Source: Novakomyces olei (lineage: Eukaryota). Taken from it: a DNA stretch of 64,000 nt. The translations under genes were made by a program, and so were the position numbers. Numbering within the stretch: the first letter of the stretch is position 1; the number at the start of each line of letters is the position of its first letter. The notes under the pieces were generated by a model. It did not search any database and was not told where the DNA came from. It was given only the letters and a program-made list of their open reading frames with translations. The DNA lies in the NCBI GenBank assembly GCA_016906335.1, contig JADEYG010000007.1:1860001-1924000 (forward strand), given 5' to 3'. Shown here piece by piece: positions 28,396-40,322 of the stretch.

Positions 28396-28425
28396 AGGGT
28401 AGGGCTATTCGGCATAGCAGTCACC
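28396..28425 (+). promoter_or_regulatory. Homol E-like (AGGGTAGGGC) plus Homol D-like (CAGTCACC) RP promoter module
   Basis: One mismatch each to fission-yeast Homol E AGGGTAGGGT and Homol D CAGTCACA; 65 bp upstream of the RPL28 ATG. Confidence 0.7.
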
Positions 28426-28490
28426 GATGTGGTTGTCAACATCGTTCACTGTAAACGCAAAGGCACACCAACTCGAGCCGACACATCACA

Positions 28491-29053
28491 ATGCCGACCC
28501 GATTCTCCAACACGCGCAAGCACCGCGGCCACGTATCTGCCGGTTATGGTCGTGTAGGCAAGCACCGAAAGCACCCTGGTGGTCGTGGTCTTGCTGGTGG
28601 TCAGCACCATCACCGCATCAATTTTGACAAATACCATCCTGGATACTTTGGTAAAGTCGGTATGCGCCGCTTCCATGACCTGACCGTATGTTTACCCAGT
28701 TTGCTTTGTGCATAATGATCTAACGAGAAACAGAGACCCAATAACACACTCAATCTGGACAAATTGTATTCGCTATTGCCCGCCGAGGTTCGGGAGAACT
28801 TGTTGAGCGGAAAATACTCTGATGAGTCAGCCCCGTAAGTCGTCCACTCTAACGTGTCTTGATTTAGAAGGCTTTTCAAGTTTCTTATCGCTAATTATTC
28901 AGCGTTCTGGACTTGACATCTCGCGGTTACTTCAAGCTACTTGGCAAAGGCCGCATTCCAGCGGCACCTATCGTCATTAAGGCACGCTTTGTTAGCCGAC
29001 GGGCAGAGAACAAAATTAAAGAGGCTGGTGGAGTTGTTGTCATTGAGGCCTAA
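28491..29053 (+). CDS. RPL28: 60S ribosomal protein uL15 (L28/L27a), 3 exons
   Basis: [62 protein letters not shown]; two GT-AG introns. Confidence 0.97.
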
Positions 29054-29919
29054 AGCATGAAATACTAGTATTTTGCACATGTTTTCCTCGTTCTTCAGGA
29101 ATAGGTGTAAGCGTAAAGTCCCTACTTGGACGTACAAGCGTAGATCCACGGATTGTGGCATTTATTAAAAGTTAGATAGTAGTAATTGGGCAGCATATTT
29201 TCGAAATATGTCCAAACGAAGCCCGGAGCATATTTTGTGTAAGGTATTGAGGCTCGGTTAACGAGTTTTCAATTAACTCGTTAAGCTAAAGTCGCCACCA
29301 AGTAAGCAGTAATTGCATTTTTACGCTTGATTTTCTCAAGACTATGCTAAAAATTGTTGGTATTATTACGCCCCTGAAATGGTATGTTTGAAGCGATGGT
29401 GGATGGATGATGTATTAATTACACTATACACATAAAATCTCAGACTGGTTACAAGAAACTTTACAGCATCATAGATTAAAGCCATTATCGTCGAAATTAA
29501 ACATGCTCTGGGGTATGTGAAATCAGTCAGCAAAACTTCCTTCTTTTAGGGGCCGCACAATTGGCGGAGGAAAAATTCTCGTTATTGTTGCCAAATTTTC
29601 TGTTACACCAACTGAACGCAGTCGGCGCTTTAGCATCAGCTCAAAGTCTTTTGCTCACTCACCAGCACTGATTTCTTTTCCCTAAAAAGGAATTACAAAG
29701 AACACACATTATTCTTTTAATTGCATCACTTTTTCCTTCACTCGGAGCTGTGACCATAAATTGAAGCGAGCAGTCATAAAGTGCTCAACGGACAGCTCTG
29801 CACAAGAGATCGTTCACAAGCGTACCTGCAATTTGCATCCTACATCTCTTTTATCGATTTTTATTTTTTTTCTGTATTTTTGATTCCCTTCCTTTGCTCC
29901 GAGAACTACTGGAGCCTTC

Positions 29920-32009
29920 ATGTCCAGCTACAATGGGACGGGCGCAACGGGCGGCAATGATCTTATAGTTGATCTAAATCAATGGTACGATCCCGGAAAT
30001 ATCGGATACATCAGCGTTATGGGATCTTTAGTGTTCCTGATGCCTTTTGGTATTGGCTTTTTCTACTCGGTATGCACATTGGAGAATAATTTGGAAATAT
30101 TAAAAAGAATAAAACGGCTTATGAATGAACCCAGTACAGCAAAATTAACCTTGGAAAGCAAATCAATTTTACGGGAATAATTTTATTTCTAACTTTTAAT
30201 ATTATAGGGCTTGGTACAAAGAAAATCAGCCTTGTCTGCACATTGGCTGGTATTGGCTATTTCTGCCATTTCCTTGTTCCAATGGTATTTTTGGGGTTAT
30301 AGCCTCGCTTTTTCTGGCACAGGCACTAGCGGGTACATCGGCAATCTGAATCATTTCGCCCTCTTGGGCGTGCTAGGCCGGCCGAGTCCTGCGAGTGATG
30401 TCATACCTGATATACTCTTTTGCATGTTTCAAGGCATGTTTGCCGTCGTTACAAGTATGAAAAGCTTTCTTTAATTTTGTTTGATTTATTATTAAAGCAC
30501 TATTTATCGTTTTTTTTATATTTGTTTGTTATCGTACGTTATTATTTATTTTTTAATATTTTTCAGAGTTAAACTTACCTTATAGTGGTTCTTATTACTG
30601 GCGCTGCCGCAGAGCGTGGTCGGGTTTTCCCCTTTATCATATTCTCATTTGTCTGGCTTACTGCTGTTTATTGTCCTTTAGCAAATTGGATATGGTCGCC
30701 TAACGGGTGGGCATACAAGTGGGGGGTTTACGATTATGCTGGCGGTGGCCCCGTAGAAATCGGATCTGGTGTGGGAGCACTGGCTTATAGTCTTGTACTT
30801 GGTAAAAGAAGGCCGACGACTGGACTTGGTGTCCATTCCCGTCATTCCGTCACTTCTATCGTGCTGGGTAGGATATATCATTTGTTTTCCTTTTCGTCAT
30901 TATCAATTTATTTGTAAATATTATTTTATTCTCCATTTTGTACCTGAATTTTTTATTAAGCTTGTGTACTTTTAAAAGATTTACAGATAACAAGAACAAT
31001 CATACCTTTCTTATGCGAAAGCATGTGGCATTATTAACATCTAGGCACGGCTCTCCTCTGGATCGGCTGGCTCGGCTTTAATGGAGGTAGCGCTCTGGGA
31101 GCCAATCTCCGAAGCGTGTATTCTATAATAAACACAAATATTACGGGGGCTGTTTCCGGTATGACGTGGTGTATTCTCGATTTTCGCCTGGATCGAAAAT
31201 GGACGGTAGTTGGGTTCTGCTCCGGAGTCATTGCCGGTCTTGTTGGTGCAACTCCGGCTTCAGGTTACATCAGTTTCCACGCTTCAGTATTGCTTGGAGT
31301 ACTTTGTGGAGCTGCGTGCAATTACTCTACAAAACTCAAATTTTTAATGCGAATTGATGACGCAATGGATGTATTTGCTGAGCACGGCGTAGGGGGGATT
31401 ATTGGGTTAATTATGAATGCTCTTTTCGCAGAAAGAACTGTTGTGGCTCTCGACTCTGCCTACTCTGGATCAAGCGCAATCCCGGGTGGCTGGGTCAATC
31501 ACAATTACAGGCAACTGTATAAGCAAATTGTTTACCTGTTGGCTGCTGCCGGCTATGTTTTCACTGTTACATGCTTGATTCTCGTTATCATGAACCGAAT
31601 TCCGCTGTTAAGGTTACATATCCGCGTATGTGGAGACGCGGAAGAACAAGGCATAGATTCTGATCAGCTCGGAGAGTTTGCCTACGATTATATCGAGGTG
31701 AGGCGAAGTCATCTGGACGGGCCTGCATCTGCAAATCGGGACTCTGAGCCTCAGACAATTGATGGGCAATCAGAATCAACGGATAATTCAGGGCTGAAGG
31801 CGGCCGTAATAGCAAAGCCCAAAGTTGAAAATGGCAGTAGTGATAATAGAGCGCTTGCTGAGGCTGGTACCGGTAATAATGCACAGTTTTCCAACGATAC
31901 AGTTGCGCGCCAAGCGAGACAGGGCAATGGTCGGACCCAGCAAGGCCGGCAAAATCAGTCGGATAACTATACTGAAGAAAATGGGGCTATCGAGATGCGT
32001 CACGTCTAG
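29920..32009 (+). CDS. Ammonium transporter (Amt/Mep family), 4 exons
   Basis: FQWYFWGYSLAFS, FQGMFA, GAAAER, DYAGGGPVEI, WIGWLGFNGGS, DDAMDVFAEHGVGG; both pore His present. Confidence 0.95.
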
Positions 32010-32768
32010 GGTTTAATGAAAAGTAACGCAAAGAAAGAGATTAAGAGGGAGAGAAAGAGAAAGAAGGACCAAAGGAAGAAACAATGAGACTGACAAGATT
32101 TTTGGAGGAGACGGCGACTTTATGTATTTTTTTGAAATTATTTTATGGGGGAAAAGTTTTTGAATTGCATTTTAAGAATTATTATTATTTTTCAAGCCTA
32201 TTTCTATATATTTCTTTAGCATCATTCCCAAATTTTGTAATATTTTTTTTTAATTACTATTTAATTTCCGGCATTGTCTGTGCGCTGTCGAACATTAACG
32301 CCAAAAAAAGAAAACAGGTTTGATGACAGGCTCGCTATGAACACGATGAGGCTTGTATTTTGTTAGTAAATGATATAACGCATGCATGTATACTCAATGT
32401 ATTTCCTCTTTTATACCTAGTTTTTGGTTTTGGCTTTAGGGGAATTATTATTGTATTTTTTTCTGTAAAGGCAGAGATCAGATGAATTCTTCTACAAACC
32501 AATATTTCCGACCAGTATGGGAACTAATACATTTGAGACGATTGTGGAACTGTGCGTTATTTCAGTCTTCAAGTTTTGCATTGCTCAAGATCTGGTCGAA
32601 GTTCTCCCTCCTTATATCCCAAACAAACCCTAGGGTTTATGTCAAGATGATAATAAGAATGGCGCTTTTTTATGTATAAAGATATATGAGAAGCCCTTGA
32701 TATATAACGTAAAGCTATAGCAGCCATGGACCAGGCATTTGGCATTTTATCATACATTCCATATTGTG

Positions 32769-33476
32769 ATGGGAAATGAGCCGGCGCCCATCCAAGCAGG
32801 GGCTGCCGCCCGGCGAGGAAAACAGGAACCTATAGATTCCTTAAGCGGTGGTGGATTGATGCCAGGCCACTTTCGGGCCCCTCCAGAGTCCAATAGGATA
32901 CGGCAGAAGACCGCGCTCTCCCCAGGAAGATCTCAATTAGACTGGGCGAGGTTATCGGCGTCTGGCGCAGATTTAAGGGTACGAGGAGCGACTTGAAAGT
33001 TGTGTTTGCCTGCTAATAAGCGCGTCAAGTTTTTGCCAACATTAACTCATTATACTGATTATTATTATGTTTTAAATGCTTTTTTCCTCGAGTCTATTGC
33101 TGCTTTTGTTTATTTTTTTTTTATTTCCAACCCTCGTCTCAACCTTTACAATATATATAATGAACGACTAATTATGATATCTCAAAACTATAATTCGATC
33201 ACGTCTAATGTTCAGGGTGTTGACTCGCCAATGCTATTAAGGATAACGCCTTCTCAGCTGGCAGCCCATAAATCACGTGACGATATATGGACGGCCATAC
33301 ATGGACGTGTGTATAATGTAACCCATTATTTACCTTTTCATCCAGGCGGTGAACGTCGTCTTTTGCAGGTGGCAGGCAAGGATGGAACCGAACAATTTAT
33401 GCGCAGTCATGCGTGGGTGAATGCTGAAAATATGCTCAAAAACTGCTTTGTCGGGTACCTTGTACCGGATCGTTGA
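32769..33476 (+). CDS. Cytochrome b5-like heme-binding protein (Irc21-like), 2 exons
   Basis: LSPGRSQLDWARL...DLR|GV join; GRVYNVTHYLPFHPGG and SHAWVN heme ligands. Confidence 0.85.
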
Positions 33477-33714
33477 GCAGTTCGACATAGACAATGTACA
33501 TAAAGGGTTGGCAGTGCTTTTTGATCGCTCTTATGCCTGGCAACGTATTTAGAGAGACTGGCTATATATAATTAAATAATTAGATGTTCATCATATTATA
33601 AAGCGTATTTCTAACATTATACAAAGAGATACATCTTTCCTAAATGGCATTTTTTGCAAGCCAACTACCACGTAATATCACCTTAACAAATTCCCTTAAT
33701 CGTTACTATATTCC

Positions 33715-34866
33715 TCACTTGTGACGCTCATAACGGCCCACAACTACACTATGGTTTCGTTCATAGGGCTCAAGTGTAAGCTGCTCTTGGGGACGAATAC
33801 GTTCATCGCGCATCTTTTGTACTTCACGTGCGAAAACGACGGCTGGCTCAACCGTACTGTCAATTGAAGAGGCCTTGATAGAAATGACAACACCGCCTCC
33901 ATTGCGCAAGAAATTGTGAGCGTTCAATGCCACGATACGAGCTTGATCAGGCTGGGCAACATCGGCAAAAATGCAGTCCACCATTCCCACGAGCATACGA
34001 TATTTTTGCGGATGACGGGCATCTTCAACGATAGGCACAACATTTGTACGCTTCTTCGCCATATTAAGCAAATCACGGCCGCTGCGATGGGAAAACTCGA
34101 CAGCGTACACAATTCCTTCAGGACCCACAAGGTCTGCAACGTGTGATACGGATGTGCCCGAAGCTGCTCCCAAATATAGAACTTTGGAACCTGGTTTCAT
34201 GTAGATATTGTCGATACCACCCAGAATAGCCGCCGCTAATTTTGACCTGAACGGATTCCATACACGATATTCAGTTTTTGTGCCATCAGGGCCTTCAACG
34301 GCAATACGTTTTTCATTATATACGGACTGGTTTAATCAGTATATGAGAACGAAGAGTAGATAATTTATTGTGAACAATTAAGCTGAAACCAAAACGTAAA
34401 CCTTGCAAGCAAATCTGATAGAGAACACTCAAGCCGCGAAATGAACTTCATCACAAAATCGGGTAAAAGAATAGAATGTAACGATAAAAAGAAACAAAAA
34501 ACAATAGAATAATAAAAATAATAATAAAACCAATTAAAAAATAATAATAAAACTTACCTCTCCAGGAGTAAGATTCTTCGTAACAAGTAGATCCTCTTTC
34601 CCGCGTGCAATGAAAACACCAGCGTGTCTATGAGGCTCAATTATAACTTTGCTACCGCCTTTGCCTCCACGGCCGCCGGCAGCTCCACCACCACGACCTC
34701 CTCTGCCTCCTCTACCACCTGGGCCTCCGCCACGGCCACCGCCTCGACTGCCTCCACGGCCACCACCGCCACGGCCACCACGAGGGGTAAATCCCCCTCT
34801 GCCACCGCCGCCACGTCCGCCTCTAGCGCCACCACGGCCGCCACGACCGCCAGGAGTGAACGCCAT
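33715..34866 (-). CDS. NOP1: Fibrillarin (box C/D snoRNP rRNA 2'-O-methyltransferase), 2 exons
   Basis: N-terminal RGG/GAR domain, [50 protein letters not shown]; intron 34557-34327. Confidence 0.98.
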
Positions 34867-35472
34867 TCTAGTTCAATATGCGACAAATTTTTTTTCAATT
34901 TTTATGATTTTGATTTAAATTTGTTCAATTATTTGATTGATTATATGGGAAGGCTGTAATAGTATACGATTTATTATAATATACGATTTTATCCTGACGC
35001 ATTATGAGTACATACAAGTAAAAATTGAAAATATTAGTTTGAAAGACGGAAATTTAATAATCGCAGGCATGTCTATCGTCGCTGTCCCACAATGCTAAAT
35101 GGGTTAGAAAACAAAAAGATATAGTACGTATTATATATGTAATGTAGAGAGTTTCAATCTATGATACGATGCCACGGAGTTGTGCAAATTAGATTTTCAT
35201 AGAAGCCGTCAGTAAACTCTAACGAGTGAGCACCAGTAACGACTTGTCAAATTTTAGTGATTTGTGTGGCCAAGTCAATTTAGATGCCTTCAATCTAACT
35301 AAAGTGATTGTACTGATCGTGCTTCCCCGAACAGAATACTTGAGAGAACGCAATATTAGACTCTTGTGCAAAGCTAATTTACTTGGATTTAATTATCTTC
35401 TTTATTATCATAAACAGAATACAAATATATAGACACATAAAACCACATATAAATCAGCGTACATAAAGTGTT

Positions 35473-35500
35473 AGGGTAGGGTTTGTTCCTTGTAGTCATA
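35473..35500 (+). promoter_or_regulatory. Homol E (AGGGTAGGGT) plus degenerate Homol D (TAGTCATA)
   Basis: Exact Homol E at 35473-35482; D-like box at 35493-35500, 56 bp upstream of the RPL17 ATG. Confidence 0.7.
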
Positions 35501-35556
35501 AAGTGTAAACGAACCCTCAGCTTGCACACAACAACTCGTCCATAACACATCTAATT

Positions 35557-36250
35557 ATGGTGCGTTACGCTGCTGAGCCGTCGGTCACGGCGACCAAGTC
35601 TGCAAAGGCACGCGGCAGCTATCTCCGTGTGCACTTCAAGAACACTCGTGAAGCCGGTAAGAAAAATTGAAGAAAATCAAGTCTTTTTTTACGGGTTTTT
35701 TTTTTGGTAGAATTGTGTCGGCAATGTGCAATGTGCAAAGAGAACCAAACCCGTGGCAAACAACAGTTTTCTAACATGCAATGTAGCTGGCGCTATCCGT
35801 GGCCTTAACGTGGACAAGGCCCTCTCTTATTTGGGAGATGTAAAAGAGCACAAGCAGGCGGTCCCTTTCCGTCGCTTCCACCGTGGCATTGGACGCACTT
35901 CGCAGGGCAAACAATTCGGAGTTACTCAGGCACGCTGGCCTGTCAAATCTGCCGAGTTTTTGATTGACCTACTCAAGAACGCTCGCGCTAACGCGGAAGA
36001 GAAAGGTTTGGATGTTGAGAAGCTCATCGTCGGACACATTCAAGTGAACCAGGCACCCAAGCAACGCCGACGGACGTACCGTGCTCACGGTCGTATTGGC
36101 CCGTACCTGTCACACCCTTCGCACATTGAGATCATCGTCGTTGAGGGTGAGGAGGGTGTCGCCAAGGCTAAGGAGGGCAAGGAAATTACCCGTGTTTCTG
36201 TGCGCCAACGCGCCAAGGCCCGGACTCTGGCTCTGCGCAAGCAGGCATAA
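35557..36250 (+). CDS. RPL17: 60S ribosomal protein uL22 (L17), 2 exons
   Basis: MVRYA...[39 protein letters not shown]; intron 35657-35786. Confidence 0.97.
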
Positions 36251-36425
36251 GCCTAGAAGCTTAATGCATTGAATTATATCATTTAATTGGAAAATTTTGT
36301 CATTTGTAATGCTCGGTAGTGATAAGTGTATAATGTTTTGCCTCAATTGACGCTTCTTGTCTCGTGATCAATATAATTGATGTAAATTTTGTATACTCAA
36401 CATACCGTTGTATGCTATATTATAT

Positions 36426-36495
36426 ATTATGACTAGAAAATATATTATATCTAGAAAATTATTATAACTATAAAATATTATAACTATAAAATTGA
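36426..36495. repeat. Degenerate 17-19 bp minisatellite (ATTATAACTATAAAAT)
   Basis: Two perfect and two degenerate copies between the convergent RPL17 and COY1 3' ends. Confidence 0.5.
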
Positions 36496-36701
36496 AAATA
36501 TGAGGTTGAAAAGGCCTGGATTATTATTACTAAACGTAAATCTTTAGGGCCTGCCAGTTCTATTGACTAAGACTCTTTAGATTCTTAAATTCGTCCCACG
36601 CTTCCTTCAGAGTGAAAAATCGAGAATTATTAGATTTTATAAACGCGCTCAATTACCCGTCCAGTGCAACAGTTTTTGGGCCCATTTTTCCCATATAAAT
36701 G

Positions 36702-38912
36702 CTAGACTCGTGCCCATACCTGAAAAAAGTAAAGAACATGCAACGCTGTCAAATAAAGCGTGAAAAGGACGCGTCTTAGCCGTGAAGCCAAGACAAACCG
36801 CGCAATGTGGTAAACAACTTTCTCTAAAGGATCCAGTGACTGAACAGCCCTCGTTGTTTCCTAAAAGTCAGACAGTGCAGTTCATCTTTAATTGAATTTC
36901 CTTTTTCTTACCCGCTGCCGGAAGGATTCAAATGGCGAGACGCTCTCTTCATACTTGGACGCGTACCTGTCCATCAGTCCAGTCTGTTTTGTTCCCGACA
37001 TATTTATAACCGTATCATGGCTTGATGATGCTAGCTCCGGTCTGTAATTAGTGAGGTACCGGTTCCTCTCGTACAACGCTACATTATCCTTCTGCAAGGT
37101 TTGCAGCTCTGTGCGCGACTGCTGTAGCTGTGATTGCAAAAGTTTTGTCTGCGATTCTAGCTCAGTGTTTCGTGCTTTAAATCGGTCGCGTTGTTGCGTT
37201 ATTATTGGCAGAATTCCAGAATTTGCTTCTGCTATCCTCTCTCCTGCGCCTTCTCCACTTCCTCCAATAATCGACGTTGTAGGGCTGATTCTACCCCACG
37301 CGGTAGAGGGAGCCCGTGTATAGCGCGAGGGTGCCACACTGCGCGCTTCAGTACGGTCGTTCATCTCCATGAGATCCTGCTCTAGCTTCCTATTGGCCTC
37401 CTCCAACTCTACAACTTTACCAGACAGCGTCTCATTCTCCAAAGTTACGCGATCAATCTGCTCACTACGTTCAGCGAGTTCAACTCTTACTCGTGTTAAA
37501 TCGTCGTTCAATTTACGATTATGGACATGCATCATTTGCTCCAGCGATCCTTCTCGTGAAGGCTCATCGTCACCGAGCGAAAACTCGATTTGCTGTTGAT
37601 TAGAAATGAGCAAATAGAAGACATTATTGTAGTAATGGAAAAAGTATTGGGATAGCGGAAATAATAAACGAATAAATGATCAAAAAAAGGATGGGTAATT
37701 TTGAAAATGTTTAATTTTAATAATGAATAATACACAATTGACAACAAACAATACGCAAATAATAAAATACAAAACAACTAGCAAATACAAGCCTAGATAA
37801 GTCTTACTTTTAACATTTGCAACTCCCTTTTAACTTCATCATAGTCACTGTACTGTGCCAACTTGTCCTGCAATGCCCGTACATCCTCCGCACGCCGCGC
37901 ACACTGAGCCTCCAAATCACGCTGTTTCCGCATTAAACTGCCCACTTCCGCCTCGTGAGCGTCTCGGGTATTAGCGAATCGGCGTCCCAGTGCGGTATAA
38001 TCGGCCTCCACTCCCTCCAATCGCCCACGCAAATCAGACATTTCGTCCTTCTCAACAGTGCCTGCTCGTACAGAAGCCAATTCCTGTACGAGCTGAGCAT
38101 TTCGCTGTTCCAATTCTGCTGCTGTTTTGCGAACTCGCTGCAGATCATTTTGTAGCAAATCCAGTTCCGCATCAGCAGCTGCATTTTTCTTCTCTGCCAC
38201 AGCATCAGCGTCAATTGACGAAGAATTGCCCAATTGATCTGCCCGCAGATCTTTGTAAGCTTCCCGAGCTTCCTGCAATTGCTCCTGTAACTCTTGTTCA
38301 CGGTTCGTCCACTGTCTTTCTTGTTCCGCAAATCGAGCCTGCAATTCTGCCTCTCTCGCAGCCACAGAGTCGCGTACACGCGACTCTGTGCGGCGCTGAA
38401 GTTGCTCTAATTGGACGCGTAACGCGTCAACATCCGCCTGGTCCGCAATGCGCCCGCGCAACTCACGATTCTCACGGTCTAGCCGTGCCGCGTCCTCACT
38501 CGAATAGAGCTGATCAATGGTCGCCTCTAACAGCGGATAAGGATCTGGTGCGGAGCCAATAATGCCCTGCAAAGTAAGAAAGTACGTTTCCCCAAGCTTG
38601 GCGCGCTCCGTCAGGCTGTCGATTCCGTGCTGAAACTCTTTAAGAATTCCACGCCACTGTACGAGCTTTTCCTCGTCCGTTGCTCGTCGAAAATCTGTAG
38701 CCCATGTTTAGCTTTGGCGCTCTTTCACTATTTCGTAATTACTACACCCTAAACCTACCTCTGGCTGCCTGAGCTAGTTGCTTGCGCTCATGGACAGACG
38801 CCTCCTGACCATTACGGACTTCATCACGCTGCTGCTGAAGCCGTGGCTGTAACGACGCTAAGTCGATATCGCGCCAGCTTATAAGGCCGCGTTGGAAAGT
38901 GCTCTCCGCCAT
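36702..38912 (-). CDS. COY1: Golgin Coy1/CASP (coiled-coil, C-terminal TM), at least 4 exons; exact 3' end uncertain
   Basis: SWRDIDL...ERKQLA, APDPYPLLEA, YSDYDEVKRELQMLK|QIEF, GILPIITQQRDRFKARN, DNVALYE, TM FTLYLTALHVLYF. Confidence 0.88.
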
Positions 38913-38987
38913 GTGGGAGTAGTTATCTGGTACAGGTTAATAGTATATACTGTTTATACGACTATAGTGCTTTATATTTATTTATTT

Positions 38988-39064
38988 ATTTATTTATTAT
39001 TTATTTATTATTTATTTATTATTTATTTATTATTTATTTATTATTTATTTATTATTTATTTATT
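38988..39064. repeat. (ATTTATTTATT)x7 perfect tandem repeat
   Basis: Seven exact 11-mers, preceded by a TTTA run. Confidence 0.9.
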
Positions 39065-39245
39065 GTATCGTTTGCGTGTGGGGGTTTCTGGCATAAAGTA
39101 CAAAGCAGTTGGAAAGACTCCATATTGCCAATATAATTCAAAAGCACAGCAATCACAGTCGTGAATTCTTAAAGTCATGAGCTTGATGTTACATGTCATT
39201 GCAATCACTACGAAGCCTTTCTGATGGACAATAGCTGATAATAAT

Positions 39246-39346
39246 AGTAGATATATAGTAGATAAATAGAAGATAAATAATAGATAAATAGTAGATAAAT
39301 AGTAGATAAATAGAGTAGATAAATAGTAGATAAATAGCTGATAAAT
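39246..39346. repeat. (AGTAGATAAAT)x9 imperfect tandem repeat
   Basis: Nine 11-mer units, some with 1-2 substitutions, and one 2-nt insertion. Confidence 0.9.
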
Positions 39347-39400
39347 AGTAAACTGACATAATTGCAGCAAACAATATGATTAGGTAATGATATTCAGACC

Positions 39401-40000
39401 ATGGACAGAATATCGGCATCTTCAGGTCTCGAACTGTCACAAGAGCTCGCAAAAGCGCGGGCGCGTTTTGAAGCAGACCGTCAGAACCAGTCTGGGCGTC
39501 AGCGGCGTCATGGTGTGGTGAAAAAGCCGCTAAGAAAAGTAGATAAAGCCTTGCAAAAAGCAGATGAACCTAGAAAGGCGAACGTGCAAGTGGGAAATAC
39601 TGAAGAACCGAGTGACTCGCGTGTGAACGCGGCGCTCGCACAGAAAGCGCAGCAATATAATCACTTGAAACGTGGTGGATGGGCAGGTTTAGCTGATGAG
39701 TCGCTTGTCGATTTCGAGCAAAAGGACGAGGAGAATTCGGAAGATGATTATGCCAAAGAGGATCGTCATGAATCTGATGAAGAAATGGTAGAATATACCG
39801 ATGAGTTTGGACGTGTGCGGGAAGTCCGCAAGAGCAAAATGGCTAAATATGAGCTGTACGACAATCTGGTCTCTGAGCGGCCCACCAATCTTATTCATGG
39901 GGAGTATATGCCTCACGTCGAGATTGACGAGGAGAGGGCTCGTGAGATTATGAATGAGCAAAATGAAGGTGATTTTGGAGGATGATTTTAATTAATTAGT

Positions 40001-40035
<35 letters not shown>

Positions 40036-40322
40036 TCTATTTCTTGAACTGTTGCTCATTTCTAGTCAAAGTCGAGCGCTATGATGCATCAAAAGAAGTG
40101 CGCCAGCGCGGCGCTGGATTCTACCAGTTTTCACTTGGCGATGAGGAGGCGCGGCAAGAGCAGATGAAAAGCTTGGAAGAAGAGCGGCGTGCTACTGAGG
40201 AAGCGCGTCGGCGCGCAATTGGCGCACGTGACCGTTATCATCGTCGACTAGACGAAAGACGCTCTATGTTGAAAAAGGTGGCAGCACAAGCGCGTAGTGC
40301 AGAACTGTTTGAGAATTTGTAA
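39401..40322 (+). CDS. CCDC174/DUF4078-family protein (2 exons)
   Basis: LAQKAQQY, SLVDFEQK, VEYTDEFGRVR, YDASKEVRQRGAGFYQFS...RQEQMKSLEEER. Confidence 0.82.

Noticed and set aside
34433..34443. CATTTCGCGGC in the NOP1 intron as an antisense guide to 5.8S rRNA (GCAGCGAAATG)
   Set aside because: Only 10/11 complementarity, with the mismatch near a non-canonical D' (TTGA); too weak to call a guide.
34624..34959. Pro-rich and Ala/Thr-rich ORFs
   Set aside because: Antisense shadows of the fibrillarin RGG domain.
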